This document shows positions 63,320-64,000 of a DNA stretch of 64,000 nucleotides, in pieces. Each line of letters starts with the position of its first letter. The first letter of the stretch is position 1. Below the pieces are notes generated by a model. That model saw only the letters and a program-made list of their open reading frames with translations. It searched no databases and was not told the origin of the DNA. The DNA lies in assembly GCA_013239625.1 (NCBI GenBank), contig MU055008.1, forward strand, positions 7,338,277 to 7,402,276, in the 5' to 3' direction. Source of the DNA: Lama guanicoe. Taxonomy: Eukaryota. The translations under genes and the position numbers were made by a program.

Positions 63320-63600
63320 TGGAGGATGAAACAAACAGGATTTGTGAATGGACTAGATGTGGGAGGTGAGAGGAGAGTGTGGTCCAGGATGATGCTCAGG
63401 ATGGGGCTTGGGCAAGGAAGTGTCTGCGATGCCCTTTACTACAAGAGGGAGCTCAAGAGAAGCTGCTTGGAAGGATGAGATCATTAGTTTTGGATACACT
63501 GAGTTGAACGTGGACCTTCTCTGGGGCTTGATAAGCATGCTTGAAGCTCCAGAGAATATTCTGATCCAAATACAGAGTTTTAGGGCCAATCACATCAATA
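63320..63600 (-). mobile_element. L2 fragment
   Basis: ACAGGATTTGTGAATGGACTAGATGTGGGAGGTGAG..AGTTTTGGATACACTGAGTTG. Confidence 0.75.
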
Positions 63601-64000
63601 TTTCATAAACCCCTGAACATAGCATTCCCACAATTAAACACCTCCTCACCTCTAAGTTGTCCCTCTGAGTGGTTCTTTTGTGAAAGTCTATGTCAGAAGG
63701 TGACCAGAGCATCAACCCGTCCCCAGAGTCTGCCTTCCTTGGGGTGGACTGCCAGTCACTACACGTGATGAGATGTGGATTCCTCTCCTTCCTGCCTCTA
63801 AACATTCCAAAGGCTCCACCCAAAGCATCACTTCCTAACACCCTCAATTCTTGACATCTCAAGACTTCACAGAGTTGACTCTCCTGTCGTGCCCAAAGCA
63901 CGTGTCAGGTCCAGACTTGCCAGGCTTCTAGCCCTGATGACAGTGGGAGAGAGTCCCTAACCAGTGGATTGGGTTGAATAGTGTCTCTATGTCCACCTGG

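Overview
Mammalian, essentially non-coding genomic DNA. The tRNA-derived SINEs with the GGAGGGTATAGCTCAGTGGTAGAG head and AAATAAACCTAATTACCTCCCC tail, plus artiodactyl-type L1 3' ends, point to a camelid (Camelus/Vicugna). I find no credible intact protein-coding gene; the ORF track is mostly chance frames in repeats or GC-rich DNA. Much of the window is interspersed repeats: MaLR/ERVL LTRs, MIR, L1M, L2, L3/CR1, hAT elements and young ERV1 solo LTRs, often nested. The two clearest coding fossils are a frameshifted processed MIA2/cTAGE5-family pseudogene (minus strand, about 49.3-50.4 kb) and a decayed, apparently near full-length mariner transposase (about 60.3-62.95 kb) split by two nested L1s. 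Other oddities are a 54-bp dispersed duplication resembling a templated insertion, a 60-bp AT-rich quasi-palindrome, a small CpG cluster at an AT-to-GC shift near 24.2 kb, and a few repeat-free enhancer-like blocks. I do not see a new multi-gene system. Repeat family names come from recalled consensus similarity, not a search, and old-repeat boundaries are approximate (tens of bp).
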